A stretch of DNA of 64,000 bases from Lingula anatina (taxonomy: Eukaryota > Animalia > Brachiopoda), in NCBI GenBank assembly GCA_051362555.1, contig CM120646.1, positions 3,596,001 through 3,660,000 of the forward strand. The letters are read 5' to 3'. Position 1 is the stretch's first letter; every line of letters starts with the position of its first letter. Shown piece after piece: positions 40,297 to 53,165 of this stretch. A program made the position numbers and the translations under genes. The notes beneath the pieces were generated by a model. That model worked only from the letters and a program-made list of their open reading frames with translations. It did not search any database and was not told where the DNA came from.

Positions 40297-43104
40297 GCAT
40301 TACTTTTCACACAGATGCAAAAGACTAAGTAAACAAGCAACAGGGCGGGTGGGTGGGAATCAGTGATATAATACGCGAGGGAGGCTATGCGTATGCTGCT
40401 GCACAACTCAAGCTAGCTTTGAATTAAGCCATAGAAGTGGCCTGGCTTAAGGCCTTGTGCAGGTTAAGGGTACAGGCAGAATATGTACTACGTCACAGGG
40501 CTTAACTAAAGCAGGCGACGCTTGTGCTACGTTTAAATCATATTAACTAGGTTTATCCCCATGTCAGAAATACATTGACATCATTTACTTCCACTTTAAA
40601 ATGTCTTAGGTACCCTTAGAGCACGGTAACTAAATATTGCTAATTGAACAATGAATTAGTGCACTTTTATATAATGCATATGTGCTTCTGGTGTTTTAAC
40701 GATTTACACAAATGGCTGTTCAGATCAACTCAAGTCTTTTGAAAGACCAGCATTTAAGCTATACTCACTACGCTTTAAACGTCTACAATTATCACAATCA
40801 ATACTTCTGGAAGGACAAATCATAACAATGGATATTCATTCTTCAACATTACATCAAATGCTCATTATAAAACCCCCACACGAATTTACATCTTTATATT
40901 TTTGTTTATAGCACAAGTGATTTTATGACAAAATAAATGTGCATTTTTGTCAAAAGATGAAAAATAAGGAAATGGCTTCTGAAAAAAATGTATTAGAGCA
41001 ACTGCAAACATTTACCATTCACTTTTTCGTTATCCACAATATGTATAAAAATTAATAGCACATATTTATCTGAGACTCAATTAAAGGGATAATAACTCTT
41101 CTTATGAGGTTTATATATCACAATAAAAACATTGTGAATAACAGAAATTATAATATATAATATATTCTGTTTTACGACAAATTAAAGCTATTATAGCTAT
41201 TATTCTGATATCTGAGCTTGTCTTCAGACCATGTGACCTCCATTGATGGCTATACTCTGTTATTATCTCTTAAGAGATTTTAACAAAAAACCAAACTTTT
41301 TAGAAAAAAACCAGGGACTAACTTTGAATGTAAAAATGGATTCATTAACCATTGGTAAGTATGGGAAAATTGTTTTTTACTTCAGGAAAATTCATTTTTT
41401 GGCCAAAATGAAGAGTTATTATCCTTTTAACCTGTTAGGATTGCAAAGAACAATATATGAATTTGTTACCTGAACTGTCTTGGTTGCTTCTGGGCAACCT
41501 CCGGGTAGCCCTTAGCATTACAAGCTCTGCAAGTGATAAAATGGCATTATAAATACCATTTTTGTAGCTATTAACACATACAAAATACACATCCAAATAA
41601 ACACTGCTTGTCTCGATTCCACACTTAATACATGTACTGTATCGACCTTCAAATAACATGCCTGCAATAGCAGCAATCACAGTTATCACAATCAATACTT
41701 CTGGAAGGACAAATCATAACATTGGATATTCATTCTTCCACATTACACCAACAGCTACTTATAAAAACCCCACATAATTTACATCTTTATATTTTTTGTT
41801 GGTAGCACAAGTGATTTTATGACAAAATACATGTGCATTTTTGTCAAAAGATGAGAAATAAAAAATGGCTTCTGAAAAAAATGTATTAGAACAACTGCAA
41901 ACATTTACCACTCACTTTTTTGATATCCACAATATCTATAAAAATTTTTAACTTATATGAGACTCAATTAACCGATTAGTATTGCAAAGAACAATATATG
42001 AATTTGTTACCTGTACTCGTCTTGGCTGCTTCTGGGCAACCTCCGGGTAGCCTTTAGCATTACAAGCTCTGCAAGTAATAAAATGGCATTATACATACCA
42101 GTTAAGTAGCTATTAACACATACAAAATACACATACAAATAAACACTGCTTGTCTCGATTCCACACTTAATATTGACCTTCAAATAACACGCCTGCAATA
42201 GCAGCAATCATATGCACTTGCTGCAACTCATATGCTGTGGTTTAGGCCTATCCTACACCCCATTTCCATAGTCTCACTAGATTACTGTCAGCTTGGCCGG
42301 CTTAAGCATCTGTCCCACCTACTAAAAGCTGTAAGGGAGTAATTAACTATGGTGCCCGCTCGGCTGACTGCAATTAAGCGTGAACCCCCAGGGAGTTAGC
42401 AGGGGCGGATTTAGGCCGTCTTCTGGGTCTTCTGCGTCTTCTACGACAAAATAAATAATATAAATCGACATTAAAGTGTCTACCACCAAAGATAAAGCAA
42501 CTAACAAAGTCTCTTCTTCATCAGAAAAATTTTCCAGTGCCAAATCAAATCTATAAATGTAGAAAAGTATTAAACAGTAGCAATGTGTAGTATAACAGCA
42601 AAGATGTGAGGATAGGATGACTGTCATAAACCTCAGGAAAATTTAGGTACATTTGTGTAACTTTAATATCAGGCTTGCAATTTCTCCTCTCTTACAAAAT
42701 TCAGCCCTGAAACTTTTTACAAGCTCATAACAATACAATTAATTTTAAGGTAAAAACTTACTCCTCATCCCCTTCAGATTCTTGAGTAGCATTCCCTGCT
42801 TTCCTTGTTTCTGATAATGTACATGTAGGCTCTGAGAATAAACACACACGTTAAAGGGACAACTGTTATGAACAATTTTCTACTTTCTTTTCTAAGTACA
42901 CTTCTTTGCATATTTCAAATACCATGACTACCTTTGTACATGTATATGCAATTACATTTTAAACATCATGAATTTTTAGGTGGCCCTTTAATTTTTTTTC
43001 ACAAACCCAACATCTGCCCAACACTACTCAATTTGAAAATAGTGTGAAATAAACACTTAATGTAATAAACTTTGGGAAAAAATAACTCAGTTGGTGAAAT
43101 TACC
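38242..43104 (-). CDS. Coiled-coil + BEN-domain protein (BEN-solo type), multi-exon; 5' end uncertain
   Basis: Phase-compatible exons 42831-42762, 42550-42506, 41526-41470, 40782-40769, 39931-39875, 39484-39423, 38818-38593 and 38414-(38242 or an earlier donor). BEN-like motif VELVPGSSIYI...MARRLMSVFFSSEEIANGTL...KKQLNPRTIKAIIDIC...LRQAIACKIT, preceded by the basic coil KVAKLRKRVKTLE. Confidence 0.65.
39024..39352 (+). mobile_element. Kolobok-like MITE (family C), copy 1
   Basis: TIR agggataataa ... ttattatccct; flanks ttat / ttaa; homologous to 41085-41426. Confidence 0.75.
40790..42210. repeat. Local tandem segmental duplication (~530-bp unit) carrying one exon of the BEN gene
   Basis: tatcacaatcaatacttctggaaggac starts at about 40790 and 41684; both units end in gcaatagcagcaatca; unit 1 additionally carries MITE C. 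Confidence 0.85.
41085..41426 (+). mobile_element. Kolobok-like MITE (family C), copy 2, with TTAA TSD
   Basis: ttaa|agggataataactctt ... aagagttattatcctt|ttaa; the paralogous empty site is visible at about 41960-41980. Confidence 0.85.
42259..42398 (-). mobile_element. MITE family B partial copy (reverse), truncated by another CAGGGGCGGATTTAG-type end
   Basis: Reverse complement of the family B core. Confidence 0.7.
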
Positions 43105-43913
43105 TGTTTTCTTCATCTTTCCCAGTGATTGCGAAAGAGATTGAACACTTACCAGACATGTGGGCTGGAGCAAATTAAATTTTGTCAGCCCACACCTTTT
43201 TTTACCGGCCCACAACAAAATAATTAAGCTGTTTATTTTCACTTCATTTTTGATGAATATTATTGTCTGGCATTTTAAATCGCTGCTTTTAAATTTTCAG
43301 GCCAGATGTAATAGGATATTTAAAGGTTTAAGTTTAAACGTCTTTCATTTTGGTTGCTTTCTGGCATTTAAGTTTTATCCTTTTTATATCTGGGTTGCTT
43401 ATCTTAATTTCTAATCTTTTAACACAAGATCATGTATCCTTTGTAAATTTTATTCCAATTTTTGACTAAAATTAAAATATAAGTCATAGTGAAGTGGAGC
43501 TTCCAACTTATCTAACTTTTTTTAGATTTTCACTCTTGGAAAAATGCTTGTCTGTTTGTTAGCAGGGATTGTCCTGGGTCAGAATCTGGTCGGGCCATTT
43601 TGGACCACTTGGCCATTTTTTTAAAATGTGTGCCATGAATTATTTAAAGAAAACTCATTGTATTTCAATATTTTTTATATGATTAAATTCAATGAAAAAA
43701 GGCTTGATGCTACTACTCTGAAGTCCTAAATAATTGTAGTGTGTGGAAAAATCTTCCAAAAGAAACATACTGTCCGAAAAATTGTACAGTAAAAACTGTA
43801 TTTAATGAAAAAATCTTCAGAATTGATAATTGCACTATGCCAAATAATTGCACTACATGGAAAAGGTAGACAAATTCCATTTTTATTGTAAAATAAAGCT
43901 ATTGCTCTCATAG

Positions 43914-44063
43914 CAGGCCCGTAGCCAGCAATTTTAAAAGGGGGAGGGTCTTTTTCCATAAAAACGCCATGTACCTAGATCAAATTTTACCAAGAGTGGA
44001 CCTTTTGTCAGCATAAGAGGCGGTTCTTTCGAAACCCCTGAACCATCCCTGGGTACGGGCCAG
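43914..44063 (+). mobile_element. MITE family A copy (diverged right TIR)
   Basis: Colinear similarity to 3010-3171. Confidence 0.75.
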
Positions 44064-45731
44064 AGTCTGAAAAGAATCTTTATTCAATATCTAAGCTAGT
44101 TCGTTTAGATGAATATAATGGACAGTTTTGCACCCTGACTGTGCCATTGCGGATTTTCCGCATTGAAAATGATGTTGTCCCTCATTTTGACATATAGCAC
44201 CGCTAAAGGTGCAATATTACTTAAATATCCGTTAAAATTAGTTAAGAGCACCCATCTAAAAAGCAAATGAATATTTCTCCTTTTCACTTATCGTTTACTC
44301 AACATGCAGTCCGACGGAAGCCATACTTGTTTACCCAGCACGTGTAGTTAGGTGTTCTCAGAGGTCCGCGCGTGGCCTGTCGTAAGCAGTTTGAGCGACC
44401 TGTTTACGATTTTCATTGACCTGTAGTTGTTTCAGTTTCGATACATTTTTTGTGAAACGGGTCACATGTCAGCCCTCACACCATCACTACGCACACTTCG
44501 AGCGACATTAAATGTACATAGACCTTTATTACAAAAAATAGTGTTTGCTATTTGTACGCACCAGTATGGCGCAAGTTAAAGTTTTACTTGCGCACTTAGA
44601 GCTCTACGATAAGTTCAAATATGAGGCGAGGTGTCTGTTAAAGAAACCGACTTTAGTCCGTCGGACATGTGGGCCGATGAGTTAAAAGGGTTTTCCAGCC
44701 CACAGAATTTTTGCCGGCATATGGCCGTGGTCCGACGGCTTTCGCAATCACTGCTTTCCTGTCGTTTCATAACCCCCAGCTTTTTCTTGATCACTCTCGG
44801 GTTCTGAAATTGCCTGTTCTGAAAATGAACACACATAGAGATATACACATCTGTAAAAGAACAGTGGTCGTATTCTCGACAGGTTGTAACTTACAACAAC
44901 TTGTAACTATTTAATTTGTAACTTAACTTGTAACTTGGACTTACACGATATATTCTCGAAACTTTTTAACTCTTCGACCTACAACATGTTGTAACTTCAC
45001 GTAACTTTCCGGAAGTGACCTTCGGTTTATGACTAACCCCCGTGACGTGGTTTGCGTCGATAAAACGTTCAACTAGACACAAAAGTCTCTTGAAATATAT
45101 TGAAAACCATTCAGAAGGACGTGCCCCAGCATTTTCTTTCAAGTTTTCATCGGGAAATTGACTCACATTGAATACGTTTCCGCTGACGCATAGGCACAGG
45201 AATCGGATTTGGCTTCTCTTGTGGGATTCCCCAAGCTGGGATTCCCCGAGTTTGCCACTAGCAAAAAGCGCTTAACTTCATTAAATTTGCAATGAAAACG
45301 TTCAAGGATATTTCCTAAATTAAGAATTTTATAATAAACACTCACCACGTTGTTCAAATTTGATACCTGCTTGGATTTCATGCTGTTCGTCGTTGCTTCT
45401 TTAGCTCGACACGCGGTTTCACACATGAATCCAGAAAACGCAAGTTTCACGTTCAACACTTTATTTCAATCTCCTTGTACTAGAGAGTACTCAAATAACT
45501 AATCAAGACAGTCAACTGCACAATATCTCCTTTCCTTTAAAACTCTGCTTAATCTCCTTGCCTTTAAAAATTACCATTTTTTTCTTTTTCTGAAACATAC
45601 TATATCTAGAACAATTTTAACTTGTATTATGCAGCTTTAAACAATTACCATAATGTATGTATGTGTAGGCCCTATATATAGGCCTAACGAGGCGAAACTT
45701 GCTCCCTTCGAAAGGAGTTTGCTAGTAGGTT

Positions 45732-45792
45732 CAGGCCCGTAGCCAGCAATTTCAAAAGGGGGGTTCTTTTTCTGAAAAAGTGGCCCTTTTAC
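45732..45792 (+). mobile_element. MITE family A, truncated left end
   Basis: Matches roughly the first 55 bp of the 3010 copy. Confidence 0.7.
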
Positions 45793-46207
45793 CATATAAT
45801 CCCTGAGGTTGCAAGTGAGACTTGCGTGGTCCAAGATGCACGTCGCAAGCAATGAAGGAGAAGTGCCCTTTGCGTGTTGAGCACGGCGCACGCCCTCACA
45901 TCTATAACGAAATAAGTCGAAAACACGGCGGGACTGCGAGTATAAAAGGCGTGCTCACGACGCATGCTCGTGTCTCTACAATTTCGTTGTGCAAAAATTT
46001 TGAATTTTGCTCAATTCAGATTCTAATATGCCTCCAAAAGACAAGGGAAAGAAGCTTAAAGAGCAGAAAAGAAGGTTGGAGGAAGAAGACAGAAAACGAA
46101 GCGCTTTAGCACTGCTTTTTTATTACTTAATAATTTAACGAATTTATCATTGCCTGAAGAAAAGACATAGCTGCGTTATCTTAGATAAAAACTAACTTTG
46201 CTTTAAG

Positions 46208-46246
<39 letters not shown>

Positions 46247-46497
46247 AAGGACGTATAATATATACGGTAACTACAGTAGGAGAACGATATTAATTTTGCA
46301 AAAAACATTTCTCAAAAATCACAAGGAAGAGCTGTAGGCCTACGTACTGTCATGGTGCACACTAAGTCTGAGATCGACTTCGTGAAACGTTTTTTATTTT
46401 CCCCAATATATTTCGAATAAAATGTGTCAACTTTGGGTCCCAAGAGGATGGTGCATCTTGAAAAACAGCATTATAGAAAGGGTTTTTAGAAGTGTTT

Positions 46498-46592
46498 TTG
46501 CGGAGTATCGGTACGTGGGAGTATCAGAGCGGGGGAGTATGGATGCGGGGATGTAAAGAAGCGGGGGAGTATCGGTGCGGGGACGTATAGGC
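46498..46592. repeat. Short GC-rich minisatellite (gcgggggagtatcggt-like units), likely a DNA-transposon subterminal repeat
   Basis: 5-6 imperfect copies of cggggagtat. Confidence 0.5.
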
Positions 46593-46619
46593 ATGTATCC
46601 TGGTGTATTAGTATTACCC

Positions 46620-47575
46620 CATTCTTAAATAGCTACGTGCAAGTCTTGTTTGCATTTTTTCCTTAGTCTTTCTGCAATCTTGACTGCTTTGCCATTCGCT
46701 TGGCTATGGTATGGAGAGCTTGTTTTATATTCAAAACCCCATTCTTTTGAAAATTTCTCATAATCTTGACTGATAAACTGTGGTCCATTAACCGAAATGA
46801 CTTCTTCCGGAATACCATGTCTTGCAAAGTGAGCTTTAGTACTAGTAGCTTCAATTACCGTGCTACTTGTCCTCCAGCTTATCTAATTAAAATAAGTCAC
46901 TAAAATAGTCAACAGTTACTAAATAGTTCTCTCCTCGCAAAGTAAACAAATCTTGGCCTACTTTGCTCCAGGACAAAGCATCTGACTGCGTTCTTTGCTG
47001 TATCTGCCTATCCGTAGGATGTGGCAGAGACACGTGCTCCTTCTGTTTAATGTTTTCTATGTCCTCACACAACTTGTCTTCCTCAGACATTTGGAATATG
47101 TAACATCTTGGAACTTATTTTTACTTCAATTTAGCGCTCGGCGGGGCATATGCTCTTGACAGCATATCTGCTATGTGCATTTTTGATCCAGGTAAGTATT
47201 TCAAATTCAAATTATATTTCTGCAAACGCATCAGCATTCTCTGTAATCTCTTTGGTGGGTGTTGAGTGAATTGCTTTTTTGAATATGGAAATTAATGGCT
47301 TATGATCAGTTTTCACATTTATAACTTCACGACCATGCAAATATATGTTGGTCAAATCGCTCTTTTTCTATTTCTGCATATCCTTGCTCTGTTTGTGACA
47401 ATGCTCGTGACGCAAATGCCACAGGCGTTTCTCAATTCCTGAAGTAGCGTCATCCCAACTCCTTTCTCTGATGCATCGCACTGCACTGTGACTGGTTTTT
47501 GAATGTCATAATACTGAACCACAGGTGCTTGTGTCATGGCCTCTACTATGTATCCAGTCATGTTGATCTAAACCA
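46620..47575 (-). mobile_element. Degenerate Ty3/Gypsy LTR-retrotransposon pol fragment (RNase H and integrase)
   Basis: VTVQCDASEKGVGMTLLQ; TDHKPLISIFKK; PKRLQRMLMRLQKYNLNLKYLPGSKMHIADMLSRA; WSKVGQDLFTLRGENYLVTVDYFS; frameshifts and deletions throughout. Confidence 0.9.
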
Positions 47576-47857
47576 TATTTCTTCAGTTTTTGTCACTATC
47601 AAATACTCGGTATAGGGGGCGCGAAACTGAGGGTCTGTGTGACAGAAAGTCCGTCCTCCATATAGTTATAATGGTTCTGGTTACTTTGATCTGAGTGGGT
47701 CAAAATCTAGGGCGAGGCTCACCTGTACAAATAAATGGGAAGCGGACTCTACATGTATGTCATGGGGGACCTTCTGGTACATAAACAATATAATTGTTTT
47801 GAATCTTACAGACATCCGTTTCTAAACTGCCATTTGGCTGTTTTCTTTGAGCAAATG

Positions 47858-50800
47858 TCAAACTTCCTCTACCGAAAAATCTTCATCAACTTGTACACCA
47901 AGTCTATTCAAACGCGTCACTTCCATCTTTGCCAACATTTCGTTTTTCGTCGATCCTTTGACCTCACCAGCCACCCTGTAAAGCTTTGCCAGTTCCTTGT
48001 ATACTGTCAACGGCATTTTAGATTTTGGGAATTGCTCATGAACCTGAGGAGTTAATTCAGCAGCTTCTTGCAAGTTGGACCGACTTTGTTCATATAGATT
48101 TCGATATTGATCACAGCGTAGAGCCCCTTGGCGCGGTCTACCAGTCGCCTTGGGCATTGTGTTTTGTTCATTCGTGGACAAATTACTATCATGATGTTCA
48201 AATGCTTGTTCACATTTATTGCTGTTATTTTCAGTAACCACAGTCTGTCCATTTGGTGCCACGTTTTCTTGGTCAACTCGTTGAGCCACTGCCTCGTATA
48301 TTTGCTCAGCCTGTGCCTGTCCTAAATGAAGCAGGTGCTCAACCAATGTGAAATGAATAGGTGTATGTTCTCTACGGATGTCAACAGCTTTCTGAAAATA
48401 ATCCACAGCTTCAGGAAACTCTTTTTTCTTCATACAAACAAGTCCAAAGTCATCATAAATGAGAGCTATATCTGTCGTCTTTCCAATCTTCTGACACATA
48501 GAAAAAGCATCTTGCAGCATAGACATAGCTCTGTCAAAATTCCCCGTTTTGACATAGAGCATTGCTGTATTACTTAGAGAGTAAACGATGGACAGGTTGG
48601 CTTGTTTCATACATCTTCGTTTGCATCTAAGACCACATTCGAAGTTCTTCAGTGCATTATCATCCTCTCCCAACTCGCGATATGTCAGACCCATATTGTT
48701 GTAGACAGCCCCAATGGAAGGATGATGCTCTCCAAAGTTAGATATGCGTAAGTCAAGGGTATCCTCAAAATATTTTATGGCTTTTTCTTTCTCTCCTGCA
48801 ATTACCATGAATAAGGGCAATGTTGATACCATTATTGGTTTTTGCACAAAGGCGCATGAGTTAACTAATACAGGTAGTGGCACACTGCCAATGACGTATT
48901 ACGTATACACTTACAGCTTGCGAAATAGCTTAATTTCCTAAGAAAATTGACTCTTTTCAATTTCAGCCGTTCTTCAGTTTATTTGCTCCTTAAATAGATC
49001 ACGCTCCTATTTTAAAACGACGAAGATTTCGTAACGTGATAACCTCACTCACCCATTATAGAAAAGACGAGGCCCTGGGTCGAAAGGGTTTGACTCATAA
49101 GAAGGCTTGCTTGCATACCCCCCTCTTCTTCCAGTTTGTATGCTTTCTGAAGGTACCTGTCATTATAATATAACCTCTACTCAAAGATTCATAGTCCAAA
49201 ATATATGAGAGTCGGGATTCACATGGCAGGTCTCTTTAGAAACTGTTTGACACTGATATCTTTTAACAGGAGAAAATAAAAGATGCATATTTCTCTTTAG
49301 AATGTGTTTGGTGCAAAACCTTTAATTCATCTTTAAGACTTACCTCTGTGACTTATTCAGGTGGCCATATTTGTAGTAGTTCCAACCCAGATGCTGGTAC
49401 AGAGAGGCCATGTCTACAGGAGTACCCTTGAGGGAAAGAATTACCCTCGCCTTCTCATAATAATCTATGCCTTTTTGTATATCACCCTGAAATATGCATA
49501 GCAACTGTCATATAGACACACGTGCACAAATGAAACCACTTTACACAAAACTGAAAAAGAAAAAATGAGCAAATGACCTTAAATCATAAATGAAGTAATA
49601 ACATTAGAGCCAATAAGTTGCAATCTTTAAATAGGCATACCCAACGGATCCAATGTTAAAAGAAACGGTGCGTCTTCTTTTATAAATATAGAAAGTCATG
49701 CAAATCGTATACCTTTCAATAATTATTTATGTACCTCAATATTGGTCACTGCCTGTGCGTATGCTGATAGCATAAGTCCATGATGTCTGTGGTCAGCACC
49801 GTCAAACATTCTAGACTGCTCCATCATGTCTTCGTAAAAGCCAATGCTTTCTTCTGCAAAAATAGCTAGTCCGTTAACGTGATTGAGAAATATGTTTTAT
49901 AGATACTGGGCCTATATTATATATTTGATATTTTTGAACAACCGTCTTGTTAAAATGTGTTTACTTTGTACAGTATCATCTTGCCCGACCGTGCCTCCGT
50001 TATTAACGGGTACTTTCCCAATAGATTAATTTTTACCGACAAAATAATAATCTTCATTGGTTCTCGGACATTTTACATTTCTAATGTACATTTTCAGCTA
50101 CCCACATAAATATATACACACGCTGCAAAGAATGAAGCATTTTACATTATACAGAAAGCAAAGTAATACATGCACATGCAAAATGTTAAAAAAATTGAAA
50201 TATGCAGATCTACAAAGACAAACTCTAGTATACTTGTTAGTTTTTCAATAAAGAAAAAATAAATAATAAAAATAATTCAATAACATACTTTGGAAGAAAC
50301 TAATGATAGGGTATTCTGCCAGCACAGCCACTTTGATAAAACTTTTGTAGCTGTCTTCATTACAATGCATCGCCTGTGTGAGCAGCTTCTCCAAGTTCTT
50401 CCATTCCACGTCCATGGTGGCAGTGGCAAACATTGAGTTCTTGGACAGCATTTGGTTATTAACACACTGAAGAATATCTGCGAAAAACTTACTATAACGG
50501 AGCCTCACCACTGAAAATAACACAATATTGTTGATTTTATAATGAGAAAATTCTTAGAAGATATGGTACAATCCGCTAAATTTTAATTTCATTTGGATGA
50601 ATTCCTTAAATAGTTTCAGTGTATCGCAGCTTAAATTATCAACAAATTAGGGCATTCAGCCTATATTTTTGCTTTATGTTTTCTCTCTCATTTGTTATTT
50701 TTAGTAAAATATTCAAGAAATGAATACACGCCTAAAATAGAAATTTCAAAAGGGGGTTGTCTTGGTTGAATCGTCGGGGGTGGGGGTAGGGAAAGAATTG

Positions 50801-51992
50801 TCTTGGGAGAGAATTGTCCATTGGATGGGTAGTCTTACGGGGACATTGTCCAGGAGAATTGAGTCAGAATCGGTACACGCATTGCCTCGTGAAATTTACC
50901 TGTGTGTAGTAACTTTAAGCACCTACCAGGTAATTCCTTTAACGGTACGTGCTTTTCCAAGTATTCTCTTCTCAGAGATTGGATGTCGTATCTCATCCTG
51001 TGTCTTTGTGCCATGGACAATCCTGTTGATTCTTCCTGTATCATGGACACTCTTAATAGTTCTTTCACGACTTGACCGCCACCAGTTTCCTGCTTGAAGC
51101 CTATGATATATTTTCAGATTTGGCAATTTTATAATAATTCCGGCATACTTGTAGGAATGGACATTTGTACTATTTGTCCTCATATTGCTTTTGGGGGGGG
51201 GGGGGGGGGGGGGGGGGGCAAAACTTGTGGACTAATGAAAACTTCATCCCCTTACTTTATTAGAAACAAGTACAATTTTAACCTTGAACGTGTGCAGAAG
51301 CTACAGACTGTAACATATGAAATGCACGAGGATATCAATATATTGACATATTTCCTTTGAAAACAGCCGGATCTATATGTAATTCATCTTACTAGTCATT
51401 TTACTCAAAAATATACTGCCATTTGACCAGTACTTCACTAAATAGCAATGTCACAGCGAATATAAAATATAATGTTGTTTAAAGTTGTCTTCTTTCTTCA
51501 GTCCCAGACTACTACATACATTGGACAGAATCTCAAAGACTCAAGCATGCTATCCTTACCCAAAACTGCAGCAACGGCCTCTTTGCTGAAATGACCAGGG
51601 ATATAACCAATGGCCGCTAAGTGCTGTCTGAAAACGTCAGTCAGTCGTGCAAGGTGGTTTCTAATCACTTTATCTGAAAAAAAAAAAAAAAAAAAAAAAA
51701 ACGTGGGAAAGAGAAACTAATGAAATGCGTCTTACTTTGGTCTTTTTTATTTTTACTTAGTTAAACTGTTCTCGTGTGATTTTTCCGAGAGAATCATTAA
51801 TAAAAAACAAAAACTTATCACATTTTTTCTATTTGGTCACTTGTCCACATTTTCTTTAACTTAACATATTTTTAAAAAGTGACCAAAACTTCAAGAGAGT
51901 CAAAGTAACTCGACAAGGGGAAATCGTTATCTCAGTATAGGCTTGAAAAGATTTTTCGAAAAAAAATGTTATTGTAGGCCTATATCTGCCTT

Positions 51993-52033
<41 letters not shown>

Positions 52034-53165
52034 TCAAAGTATTTCACAGTATGACAATATTTCTACCTAAACATTTATTTTCCATAGTAAACCTACCTAT
52101 TCTCTCAGAGTCAGAGAAACTCTCGTCACTGAGAGCTTTCAGCCGTTCTTCCTTCATGAGGTCCAACATTTCACTTGGGCTCAGATTACCATCACGTAGA
52201 ATGCTCCCTGGGAAAATTCGAGGTATATATTCTCAAGAAAATATTTAAACAAAATGAAAAAAATATTATTTGATAGATAAATAAGTAATGGTTAGAAAGT
52301 AAATAATACCCAGTCTCTTTTTGTCTAGAAAATTCGAGGTGTTCTCAAGATAATACTTCAACACATTAAATGGATGAATGGACAAATACATAACGACAAT
52401 AAAGTTTAAAAATCCACTTTCGTAATTGTGTAACATATAACTTCCCGGAAATGTATATAAATTCGACTTACCTACAATGATTAGAGCAAGGGGCAATCTT
52501 GCACATTGTTCTGCAAGTTGAGTTAAAGTATTATCATCTATAAATGGACCTTCATTTTCTGCATCGGAGTGAGGAAAAGTGTCAAGCAATAAGGCTTTTG
52601 CGTCCGAAACACAAAGTGGCATTAAACTCTGTTCAAAATATACTCTATTCAGTCTTGCGAACTGAAACTTGGTGCGAGAAACGATGAAGATCCTCACATC
52701 AGGGCACTGGTTTATGACGTCAAACACAAACGTGAGCAGCACATTCTGCAGGTTATGACTGACGTTTCTCGTAGTTGCCTCAGACACGGCAATGTGTTCG
52801 CATTTTTCAAAAATTAACACACAGGGAGCAATATTTTTTAAATGTGCGATGCTTTGTTGCTGCAGCAGCTCAGGGGTTGAATCGTCGGTAAGCAAAGGCA
52901 CTTTGTCTTCTAATAATTCGAGAGCAACGTACTTAAAGAAGTCTTTTGCACTGTTTACACTTTGCATCGACACGAACATAGTGCATAGGTCACCATTATA
53001 CGCCTTTGCAGACACCTGTCTCAAAATCTCCCGCGTTAAGCTTGCCTTACCAATGCCGGGAGGGCCATAGATACCAAATATCCGATGCTGTGTCCAAGTA
53101 TCTGTTATAAGTTTTATTTCCTTTTCTCGGCCGAAGAAAGTAGGGTGTTCTAAATGGAACGCCAT
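47858..53165 (-). CDS. NB-ARC/STAND NTPase-TPR (NLR-like) protein; 9 coding exons, 872 aa
   Basis: Exons 53165-52472, 52207-52097, 51673-51560, 51100-50927, 50510-50289, 49853-49735, 49486-49344, 49156-49053, 48795-47858; all GT-AG and in phase, 2619 nt. FFGREKEI; P-loop GIYGPPGIGKAS; Walker-B position VLIFEKCE; sensor IVSR; GLPL-like CARLPLAL; winged helix VKELLRVSMI...RYDIQSL; kinesin-light-chain-type TPRs (HPSIGAVYNNMGLTY). The start could extend via an upstream exon (acceptor at 53209). Confidence 0.88.

Noticed and set aside
44600-46110. Several short ORFs and acaacttgtaact repeats
   Set aside because: Look like mixed TE fragments; I could not define termini or protein motifs.
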